NCBI GenBank assembly: GCA_030637025.1
Contig: DAOVVV010000005.1
Span: 61,608 to 81,607 of the forward strand
Direction: 5' to 3'
DNA: 20,000 nucleotides
DNA from: Clostridia bacterium
Lineage (GTDB): Bacteria > CBDUZB01 > JAGLHV01
Part shown: positions 1-8,284 of the stretch, one piece after another
How the letters are laid out: the number at the start of each line of letters is the position of its first letter
Numbering within the stretch: position 1 is the first letter of the stretch
Notes under the pieces: model-generated
The model's input: the letters and a program-made list of their open reading frames with translations, nothing else
The model's database searches: none
Told to the model about the DNA's origin: nothing
Position numbers and translations under genes: made by a program

Positions 1-1
1 A

Positions 2-961
2 AGTAATAGTCCGAGTCTTTATGAGAAGTTTGCCCTGAGTTTATATATTTATGAGGTAGAAGATATTTTAAGAGAAAGACCTCTTGAGTGTTTTCTTAAA
101 GAGCCGATAGAAAATATTGCTATGGATCCCGATGATATCGATATTTGTTCCTGGGAGTACAGCCTTCGAACTTTTTATAAATTACCCCGTCGAATATCCT
201 GTAAAACTTTAAAAAAAATTGATTATCATTCATGCGATATTTTAAAACATTTAAGTTTTATCCAGTGTCCAATAGATTGGGATGAACGAAAAATTATTTT
301 TGACGAATATAAAAAACAAATTGGTTATAATTCGCTGGTTAAGTTTATTGGAGGGATGCTTTTTAATGAAATAACGTACTTTGAAAAAATAGATAATTAT
401 TTTCCCTGGAAATACTTAGGGAAAGGGATGCTTTATTGGTTGCGTGAGGAGTGGAATGAATCGGTCAGTGAATATCAAAAAGCAATAAAATTACATAACG
501 ATAAAACAATTAATTTTCTTGGATATCGGATGCTTGGGTTTATTAAGGAGCATAATTCTAAAAGAGTTCGTTTTGGTGAAGGATTTGGTGTAGAAGAAGC
601 AATTGCCAATTATAGAGAAGCATTGGCAATTAATCCCTGTTCGGTAGAAGTGCAGCTTAATTTAGCAAGTCTATATTTAATTAAGCAATTACCTCGGAAA
701 GCATTGGAATCGTTTAAAGCAGTGCAAAAATTAGATTTTAAATATGCAGAAGAAAATTTTCATTTTAAAAACATCAAAAAAATGTCTGAATATAAAAGCC
801 GGCAGGAATATTCGGAAGCGGTACGGGTGAATACTTTGAGCGGGGAACATCACTATCTGTTAGGGTTGGCCTGTGCAGTAAAAAAACAGAATAAGCTGGC
901 AAAAAAATATTTTAATCAAGCAAGAGAATTTGGATATAAAGTCGATGTACATTTGAAATGA
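2..961 (+). CDS. TPR-containing protein, 5'-truncated by the window edge
   Basis: The frame of ORF 122..961 is open back to position 2 (SNSPSLYEKFALSLYIYEVEDIL...), so the true start probably lies upstream. The C-terminal half has TPR-like helices (EAIANYREALAINP, HHYLLGLACAVKKQNKLAKKYFNQA). The N-terminal domain is not recognised. Confidence 0.75.
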   Translation, partial: SNSPSLYEKFALSLYIYEVEDILRERPLECFLKEPIENIAMDPDDIDICSWEYSLRTFYKLPRRISCKTLKKIDYHSCDILKHLSFIQCPIDWDERKIIFDEYKKQIGYNSLVKFIGGMLFNEITYFEKIDNYFPWKYLGKGMLYWLREEWNESVSEYQKAIKLHNDKTINFLGYRMLGFIKEHNSKRVRFGEGFGVEEAIANYREALAINPCSVEVQLNLASLYLIKQLPRKALESFKAVQKLDFKYAEENFHFKNIKKMSEYKSRQEYSEAVRVNTLSGEHHYLLGLACAVKKQNKLAKKYFNQAREFGYKVDVHLK

Positions 962-1007
962 AAAGAAGTAAATAACGAGCGGTCGTTTGGTATGCCAGGG
1001 GAGGATA

Positions 1008-3230
1008 ATGTTTAATTCTATAAAGGGTATTTCAAATAAAAAATACTTATTGTTGATACTAATGATATATACGATATTATCCGGATTATTGTTAAATACC
1101 GACTTACCCATAGTTGATGAAGAACCCTATTATTTTCTGCTATCTCAATCTATTATTTCCGGAGAAGGGTATAGAAATGTATTTTATCCGGACAATCCGG
1201 TTAACGTGGAATATCCTCCTTTGTATCCGTTATTTATATCACTGATTTTGTTTGTTTCACCTTATGCTATTTTGGGATTACGGATACTTTCCTTTTTTTT
1301 CGGAGCGGGTTCTTTGATTGTTTTTTACTTTTTTGTTTTTTCTGAGTTACCGGGTCCGGGAGGTATTAAGAACCGGAAATTAACCCGGAATTGTTTTTTT
1401 GTATTGTTATTATTTATTACTATAAATCCTTTATTTTTATCTTATTCGGTCAGGATACTAGCGGAAAAATGTTATTTGTTTTTTTCTTTAATAACGGTTT
1501 TTATGCTGGAGAAGTATATTACCCGGGATAATTCGAATAAATTATATTTAGGGATAGGAACAATTAGTTTGATTTTTGCTTTTTATACAAAGACGCTGGG
1601 ATTGTCCCTGGTGCTGGCGGTGGGATTATATTTTTTTATTAAAAGGAAATATAGAGATATTCTATTAATAGGAAGTGTATTCGGTCTTTCTGTTTTACCC
1701 TGGATAGTCAGAAATATATTGGTATCAGGTGTTCCTTCTGAATATGTAGGCTCTATTATATCAGGGCATAAGGTTTATTCAGTAAATATTTTCCAATTAA
1801 TTTTGTTCAATATTATACACTATGGACAATCTATTAAATATGTCTTTTTCCCGGGTTGTTTTTTATCTAAATTAATATGGTATTTTCCGTCTTTGTTTTC
1901 TTTGATGAATATAGAAGACTATTTCAATTTCCCTTTTCCCGGAATGTGTTCTGTGTTCATGGGAGGGATATTAGTATTTGGTTTTTATTTAGATACCCGT
2001 AATAAATTTTCTTTGATGACAGCTTATACATTGTTTTTTTTCTCGATGCTTTTATTGTGTCCTCCGGACTTTTTTTTAAGGGATGGTAATAAATATCTTT
2101 ATCAAATATTGCCTTTTTTATCGTATTATTTCATAAGTGGATTTTTTGGGATTGGCCGAAAAATAAATTTTTTACATTTTATTGCAAAAAAAATAATTGT
2201 AGGGATTTTTATATTGATTTTAATAATTCCTAACTTAATTTGCGATTTTTATTTAATAAGAGGGAATATTAACTGCCTGGCAAATACTAAAAAATTATCC
2301 AAAGAAGAAAAAATAGATTATTATGCTCCGTGGTTTAATGTATATTTTATGACTGCTTCCTGGGTGAAAGAGAAGTTGCCTTTAGATGCTTGTATTATGC
2401 ATAACGTTCCTTACACTTTTTATCTTTACAGCAAACATAAAACAATTTCTCTTTATTTGGATAGAAAAGAGAAGAATTTGGAGGCTATCATAGAAGAAAA
2501 TGCAGGTTATATTGCTGTGGGGACCCAGGAGGAAGAAAAGTTAGTAGAGGAATTAAATAAAATTACTGATGAATATGTTTTTATTCCTCTCGTTTTGTTT
2601 ATTCGGAGAGTGGGAAAAAATAAATTGAGTGGTTTTAGTAAGGTTTATAAAATAATTAAAGTTGATTCCCGGGTAAAGCAGCTTTATCAGGAGGGAAGTT
2701 ATTTTTATAATAGAGAAGATTATAAGCAGGCAATATTAAAATTTAAACGGGCATTACAGATTAGTCCTGATTTGATAGGATATTATAATCTGGGGATTAT
2801 TTATGAAAAAAGAGGGATGGTTAAAGAAGCAATCCAGATGTACAGGGAGACATTAAAAATCGAACCTAATTTTCAAATAGTGGAGAACAGATTAAATGTT
2901 CTTTGCCAGAGAGAATTTATAAAACAAAACACCCGGGATTTCGAAGGATATAAAAAATTAGGGGAGTATTATTTTAAAAATTATGATTACCCCGAAGCGA
3001 TAGGTGCTTATACTGAATGCCTGGAGATAAATGATAAACTGAAATTGAGGGATAATGATAGAAAAATAGTGGATATTTCATCAGTGTATTATAATTTAGG
3101 TAAAGCTTATTTTAGCCAGGGAGATTATGATAAGGCAGCAGGGGAATTTAGGAAAGCACTTAAGATGAATCCGCAAGTAAAATACAGGGTAAAACATTAT
3201 ATGAAATTAATAGATAGGTTGAAAAATTGA
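1008..3230 (+). CDS. GT-C fold (ArnT/PMT_2-like) membrane glycosyltransferase with C-terminal TPRs, paralog 1
   Basis: ATG at 1008 follows SD GGGGAGG and is preferred to TTG 987. Many hydrophobic TM segments. First-loop motif DEEPYYFLLSQSIISGEGY...EYPPLYP and AFYTKT motif. TPRs such as YYNLGIIYEKRGMVKEAIQMYRETLKIEP and YYNLGKAYFSQGDYDKAAGEFRKALKMNP. Confidence 0.8.
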   Translation: MFNSIKGISNKKYLLLILMIYTILSGLLLNTDLPIVDEEPYYFLLSQSIISGEGYRNVFYPDNPVNVEYPPLYPLFISLILFVSPYAILGLRILSFFFGAGSLIVFYFFVFSELPGPGGIKNRKLTRNCFFVLLLFITINPLFLSYSVRILAEKCYLFFSLITVFMLEKYITRDNSNKLYLGIGTISLIFAFYTKTLGLSLVLAVGLYFFIKRKYRDILLIGSVFGLSVLPWIVRNILVSGVPSEYVGSIISGHKVYSVNIFQLILFNIIHYGQSIKYVFFPGCFLSKLIWYFPSLFSLMNIEDYFNFPFPGMCSVFMGGILVFGFYLDTRNKFSLMTAYTLFFFSMLLLCPPDFFLRDGNKYLYQILPFLSYYFISGFFGIGRKINFLHFIAKKIIVGIFILILIIPNLICDFYLIRGNINCLANTKKLSKEEKIDYYAPWFNVYFMTASWVKEKLPLDACIMHNVPYTFYLYSKHKTISLYLDRKEKNLEAIIEENAGYIAVGTQEEEKLVEELNKITDEYVFIPLVLFIRRVGKNKLSGFSKVYKIIKVDSRVKQLYQEGSYFYNREDYKQAILKFKRALQISPDLIGYYNLGIIYEKRGMVKEAIQMYRETLKIEPNFQIVENRLNVLCQREFIKQNTRDFEGYKKLGEYYFKNYDYPEAIGAYTECLEINDKLKLRDNDRKIVDISSVYYNLGKAYFSQGDYDKAAGEFRKALKMNPQVKYRVKHYMKLIDRLKN

Positions 3231-5191
3231 TATTGACATTTATTAACAATTTTAAAATAATTCAAAAATTCATAAGCAATAAAATATTTTTGTTTATGCT
3301 GGTATTATATTTAATACTTGCCGGGTTATTGTTAAATCCGGACTTGCCTTTGGAAGGGGATAGCCCTATTTTTTTTAATCTGGCACAATCGATATCTTCC
3401 GGGCAAGGTTATAAAGATATTTATTTTCCCGGGAACCCTGTTCATGTTCAGTATCCTTATTGTTATCCCGGCTTATTAGCCCTGATTATTGTTTTATTTC
3501 CTAAAACTGTTGTGGGATTAAAATTACTTTCTATATTGTTTGGAGCAGCATCTTTAATAGCTATTCAAAAGCTTTTTTCAAATAGATATAAAACAGAGAG
3601 TATAAACCTTATTATTTTATTAACCTGCACTAATTTATGGTTTTTATCTTTCTCTGTAATACTTCTTCCGGAAATGCTCTATTTCTTTTTTTCTTTATTA
3701 ACCCTTATCACCGGCAGGGCATATATACGGCAGAAAAGTTTAGTTAATAGATATTTATGGATTCTTTTTGTTTGTTTAGGAGTTGTTTTTTATACAAAGA
3801 CAATAGGAATGACTTTATTTTTAGCGATTACAGTATATCTTTTTTTTATAGAGAAAAACCATAAAAAAGGGATTTTAATTTTGAGTTGGGAACTTTTTTT
3901 AGTTTTGTTTTGGATAAAATTTTTAGTTTTAGTGTCTGAACAATCTTCTCTGCCTATAATTTCCCAGAATTATATTATCCAGGTATTTTCCGATAATACT
4001 TTTTCTTTTTTGTCTAAGGTCAAGTTAACTCTAAATAACTTGTCCGGTTATTTCCACTCAATTTCTTCTTTGTTTTTACCGGGATATTTTCTGGGAGAGG
4101 ATACTTTTGAAGGAAAACGTTATTTTTGCCTTTTATATAATTTAATCGATGAAGTAAAGTTTTTTAATCCCCGTTCTTTATTAGTTTTTTCCAAAACAAT
4201 AATTATATTTATTGGAAGTATTACCTGTTTTGGTTTTTTGCGTCAGCTTAAAGATAAAAATTTGAACGAAATTTATGTGATTTGTTATTTGTTAGTTCTT
4301 TTATTTTCCCCTGAATTGTTTTATGCTTATAGCTGTAACCGGTATCTTTTAATGCTTTTTCCTTTTTTAATTTATTATTTTTTTTCCGGTATTTTATTAG
4401 TTCTAAATTTCAAAGGGAATGATGCTAAAGATAGAAAAAGGCGAAAATTTATTCGGAAAATCTGTTTTATCCTCACAGGTGTTTTGTTGGTAGTCAATTT
4501 AACCCCCGTTGCTTTTTGGATAAAAAACAATATGAGTTATGTGGTTAATTATAAATATTTATCCGTAAAAGAAAAAAAGTATTATCATTCTTTTTTGTTG
4601 TGGGATTTTTTTTCATCTGCTTGTTGGATAAAAGAAAATACCTCTCCCCAGTCAGTTATTATGCATTTTAGTCCGCCGGGATTTTATCTTTACAGTAAAC
4701 GCAAGACTGTTTTTTTTAACTACTTGCCTTATCACCCAAGAGGGACGGTTTCAGAAGAGATTAAATTAATTATAAAAGAAAAAGAAGTGGATTATGTAGT
4801 AGAAAGTTGCAAAATGCAGCGGGAAATTATTTATTGCTTAAATGATACATCAAAAGATTATGTTGTTGTGCCTTTAGTTAATCTTTCTAAAGAAATTATT
4901 TATAAAATAATTAATATTTCTCCCCAAGGAAAATTATTGAATAAAGAAGGGATTTATTGGTATAATGAAAAAAATTATGATCGGGCCATTATAAAGTTTG
5001 AAAGAAGCATAAAAATAAAACCAAATTTTTATACCTTTTATCAGTTGGGACGGTGTTACCAGGGAAAAAAGATGTTTAATCAGGCATTACAAATGTATAA
5101 AAAAGCGATATCTTTACAACCAAATTATGAAATTGCTAAGAGCAAGCAGGCATCAATATTAGATATTTTGAAAAAAACAGGTAATAAATAA
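3227..5191 (+). CDS. GT-C fold membrane glycosyltransferase with C-terminal TPRs, paralog 2 (shorter, one TPR block)
   Basis: TTG start overlaps the upstream TGA stop (TTGA), although the exact start is uncertain. Motifs LLLNPDLPLEGDSPIFFNLAQSISSGQGY...QYPYCYP, FYTKT and WIKENT. TPR FYQLGRCYQGKKMFNQALQMYKKAISLQP. Confidence 0.8.
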   Translation: MILTFINNFKIIQKFISNKIFLFMLVLYLILAGLLLNPDLPLEGDSPIFFNLAQSISSGQGYKDIYFPGNPVHVQYPYCYPGLLALIIVLFPKTVVGLKLLSILFGAASLIAIQKLFSNRYKTESINLIILLTCTNLWFLSFSVILLPEMLYFFFSLLTLITGRAYIRQKSLVNRYLWILFVCLGVVFYTKTIGMTLFLAITVYLFFIEKNHKKGILILSWELFLVLFWIKFLVLVSEQSSLPIISQNYIIQVFSDNTFSFLSKVKLTLNNLSGYFHSISSLFLPGYFLGEDTFEGKRYFCLLYNLIDEVKFFNPRSLLVFSKTIIIFIGSITCFGFLRQLKDKNLNEIYVICYLLVLLFSPELFYAYSCNRYLLMLFPFLIYYFFSGILLVLNFKGNDAKDRKRRKFIRKICFILTGVLLVVNLTPVAFWIKNNMSYVVNYKYLSVKEKKYYHSFLLWDFFSSACWIKENTSPQSVIMHFSPPGFYLYSKRKTVFFNYLPYHPRGTVSEEIKLIIKEKEVDYVVESCKMQREIIYCLNDTSKDYVVVPLVNLSKEIIYKIINISPQGKLLNKEGIYWYNEKNYDRAIIKFERSIKIKPNFYTFYQLGRCYQGKKMFNQALQMYKKAISLQPNYEIAKSKQASILDILKKTGNK

Positions 5192-5209
5192 AGAATAGGT
5201 TATTTTGCC

Positions 5210-5221
5210 GGGGGGGGGGGG
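5210..5221 (+). repeat. G12 homopolymer directly abutting the ATG of paralog 3
   Basis: Sequence reads ttttgcc-GGGGGGGGGGGG-atg. It is the longest G run seen in this AT-rich window. Confidence 0.95.
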
Positions 5222-7501
5222 ATGTTTATTGGGAATTTGTGTGGTAAGAGAAAGTTCTTTTTAGGCATTTTAATCGTATATATAACAATCTGCGGATTAC
5301 TATTAAATCCTGATCCCCCTTTAACTAATGATGGTCCGTATTATCTTCTGTTGTCCCAATCTATGGTTTATCACCAGGGATACCGGCATATCTTTCATCC
5401 CGCAGAAATGGTAGATGTAGAATATCCTCCTATTTATCCGTTATTGCTTGCTTTTATTTTAATAATTTTACCGAAAACCGTCGTCGGATTAAAATTCCTT
5501 TCGCTATTGTTTGGGGTAGCGTCGTTGATTATTATTTATTACTTTTTTGCTGATAAATATGAATATTTACCGGATTTGAAATTTTTCACTATTAAATTTA
5601 AAACCAAAATTTATAGTTTATCCTTTATTACTTATCCGCTATTGTTGCTTTTGCTTACCTTTAGCAATTTATGGTTTCTTGTTTTCTCTATAACGATTGC
5701 CCCGGAAGTTGTTTATCTTTTCTTTTCTCTCCTTTCACTTATTTTTTTGGAAAAATGGATAGATGAAGGTAATTATTTTAACCGGTATTTGCTTTTTACC
5801 GTTTTAAGCATAACAGTGAGTTTTTATATCAAAGCACTTGCTCTGGCATTAATTCTTTCCGGCAGCAGTTACCTTTTTGTCAGGAAAGACTATAAAAAAG
5901 GTTTTTTGTTTTTAATAACGACCGGTTTTGCAATTTTACCCTGGATAATAAGAAACAGGATAATAAATAAAACATCTCTGTCATTGGATTATATCGGACA
6001 GTTTTTAACCGGCCACCAATTAAATTTACTGGATATGGGTAAAACAATCTTTTTTAATCTTACTCATTATATTCATGCCGTCTTTACCCTTTTAATTCCC
6101 GGATATTTTCTGGGAAAGTCTGGTTTTCAGGGAGAGGAAGCTTTTTCTTTTTTATACAGTTTTTTGGGTAAAAAAGAATATTTTGATCCGCAATCGTTGA
6201 ATACTTTGACTCTTTTTATAACTTTACTTTTAAGTGTTATTATCGGAATAGGTTTTATCAAACAATTAAAGAAAAAGAAATTGCCGGAAGTATATGTTTT
6301 ATCTTATCTGTTTATTTTGTTTCTTTTTCCCAGAGGATTTTATATTAGTAGTTCCAACCGGTATTTACTTCCCTTGCTTCCTTTTATAGTACACTATTTC
6401 CTGAATGGAATTTTTTTGCTGGAAAGTTGGAGGTTAAAAGTTAAACAGCCTTGTTGTCTAAACTTACGGAGTAATTTAGTATGGATACTTTGTTTTATTT
6501 TGGTTGTTGCTAACCTGATTCCGGCTGCTTATATGATTAGGGGAAATATTTCTTATTTGGGCAATTACAAGTTCTTATCAATAGAGGAAAGAAAGGATTA
6601 TCATTCCAGATGGCTTCTCGATTATTTTACCCCGGCTGCCTGGATAAGAGAAAACACCCCGGTAAACAGTGTTGTTATGCATTGTTTTCCCCCGGCTTTT
6701 TATTTGAAGAGCAATCGAAAAAGTGTATTTTTTTTGCTTACCCTTCAGGGCCCCAGGCTGATAAAAATAAATCTGGATAAAATGAAAGTAATAGCGGATA
6801 GAATTAATAAATATAAAGTGGATTATTTAGTGGTAGGGCACCAGGCGGAGAGAGAAATTATTGGGTATTTAAAGCGGTACTCTGAAATATTTATGTTTGA
6901 GCCTTTAGCCGTATTTAAAACAGAAATGAAAAGGGTTGAGATTTACAAAGTTATTAAAACTAATGCTCAAATAAAAACATTGAATAGGCAGGGAATAAAT
7001 TATTATAAAAAAGGTAATTATAAGCAAGCGGTATCGAAATTTAAGGAGATTATCCAGCTGCAGCCCAATTGCAAGACTTATTTTAATTTAGGACAGTGTT
7101 ATGAAAAACAAGATCTTTCTAAAGGGGCCGGTGAAATGTATGCAAAAGCAATACAACTTGAACCTGCTTATAAAACCGCTAAAACCAAATTGTACATTAT
7201 TGAGGAAAAAGAAAAAATAGAGCAAAATCCGGTACATCCTGGCGGGTATGAAAATTTAGGTAGATTTTATCTGGAAGAGGGAGACTTAAATAAAGCGATA
7301 AAAAATTTAAACTATGCACTGCACTTAGGTGCTTATAATTCTTCGGTGCATTATAATTTAGGTATAGCTTATTTGAAAAAAAAAGAATATAAATCTGCTT
7401 TAGAAGAATTAAAAAAAAGTTTATCTTTGCAGCGAAATTTAGGAGATAAATACAGAATAAAACACTACATTAAGATTGCAAAAATGAAATTGCGATGGTA
7501 A
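5222..7501 (+). CDS. GT-C fold membrane glycosyltransferase with C-terminal TPRs, paralog 3
   Basis: Motifs LLLNPDPPLTNDGPYYLLLSQSMVYHQGY...EYPPIYP, PWIIRN, RYLLPLLP and WIRENTP. Two TPR blocks and tail KYRIKHYIKIAK. Confidence 0.8.
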   Translation: MFIGNLCGKRKFFLGILIVYITICGLLLNPDPPLTNDGPYYLLLSQSMVYHQGYRHIFHPAEMVDVEYPPIYPLLLAFILIILPKTVVGLKFLSLLFGVASLIIIYYFFADKYEYLPDLKFFTIKFKTKIYSLSFITYPLLLLLLTFSNLWFLVFSITIAPEVVYLFFSLLSLIFLEKWIDEGNYFNRYLLFTVLSITVSFYIKALALALILSGSSYLFVRKDYKKGFLFLITTGFAILPWIIRNRIINKTSLSLDYIGQFLTGHQLNLLDMGKTIFFNLTHYIHAVFTLLIPGYFLGKSGFQGEEAFSFLYSFLGKKEYFDPQSLNTLTLFITLLLSVIIGIGFIKQLKKKKLPEVYVLSYLFILFLFPRGFYISSSNRYLLPLLPFIVHYFLNGIFLLESWRLKVKQPCCLNLRSNLVWILCFILVVANLIPAAYMIRGNISYLGNYKFLSIEERKDYHSRWLLDYFTPAAWIRENTPVNSVVMHCFPPAFYLKSNRKSVFFLLTLQGPRLIKINLDKMKVIADRINKYKVDYLVVGHQAEREIIGYLKRYSEIFMFEPLAVFKTEMKRVEIYKVIKTNAQIKTLNRQGINYYKKGNYKQAVSKFKEIIQLQPNCKTYFNLGQCYEKQDLSKGAGEMYAKAIQLEPAYKTAKTKLYIIEEKEKIEQNPVHPGGYENLGRFYLEEGDLNKAIKNLNYALHLGAYNSSVHYNLGIAYLKKKEYKSALEELKKSLSLQRNLGDKYRIKHYIKIAKMKLRW

Positions 7502-7556
7502 AAGGGTTCTATAAATTTTTTTTAAAAAGATTAAAACCTAAAAAAGGCAAAAAAAT

Positions 7557-8270
7557 ATGAGACAAAAAATACTGATAGTTCCTGTTTATAATGAAGAAAA
7601 GATGGTGATAAAGACTCTTAATGAAGTTTTTTCCAGCGTAAATGCTATAATAATAATTAACGATGGTTCTACCGATTCTTCAGCGAAAAAAATTACCGAA
7701 TGGATAAAGGATAAAAGCAATATATATTTGATTTCTTCAAAAATCAATCAGGGGAAATCTCAGGCATTAAGAAAAGGATTTATTAAAATAGGTGAATTAC
7801 TCCGGGAAGGCAAAATAAATTCAGAGGACATTATTATTACCATAGATGCTGATGGCCAGCATTTAGGAGGGGATATGGATGTTATTTGCAATTATTTTGT
7901 CAAAGGAGATTATGATTTAGTCATAACCCGTAGAGATTTCGCAAAATACCCCCTGTTTAAAATAATAGGAAATAAGATATTATCCTTAACCGCTTCCTTG
8001 TTGAGCGGTATAAAGTATAACGACATAGAATGCGGTTTTAGACTTATGAAAGCTAAGATTATTCCTGAAATGATGAAATATTATACAGGTTTTAAATACA
8101 GCTGTGAACAGGAAATGGGAATAATTGCCGCCAGATTAAATTATAGAATTGATAATAATTATCTAATCAAGCCTCGTTTTTACCGTTCCCGGGGTACAAA
8201 AATTCCTGATGGGATAGTTAATGTTTTTTGGGGAATAATGGCCTTTATTAAGGTGAAATTAAAAAAATAA
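7557..8270 (+). CDS. GT2 family glycosyltransferase, DPM1/polyprenol-phosphate sugar synthase-like
   Basis: Motifs VPVYNEE, INDGSTD, NQGKSQA, the DxD motif IDADGQH and DIECGFR. 237 aa with no obvious TM segment. Confidence 0.9.
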   Translation: MRQKILIVPVYNEEKMVIKTLNEVFSSVNAIIIINDGSTDSSAKKITEWIKDKSNIYLISSKINQGKSQALRKGFIKIGELLREGKINSEDIIITIDADGQHLGGDMDVICNYFVKGDYDLVITRRDFAKYPLFKIIGNKILSLTASLLSGIKYNDIECGFRLMKAKIIPEMMKYYTGFKYSCEQEMGIIAARLNYRIDNNYLIKPRFYRSRGTKIPDGIVNVFWGIMAFIKVKLKK

Positions 8271-8284
8271 AAGAGAGGTCGAGG

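Noticed and set aside
5189-5224. Paralogs 2 and 3 are in the same frame, separated by one TAA and 10 codons (possible readthrough fusion)
   Set aside because: Each is a complete GT-C+TPR unit with its own N-terminal motif, TAA is rarely read through, and a shared frame has a 1-in-3 chance.
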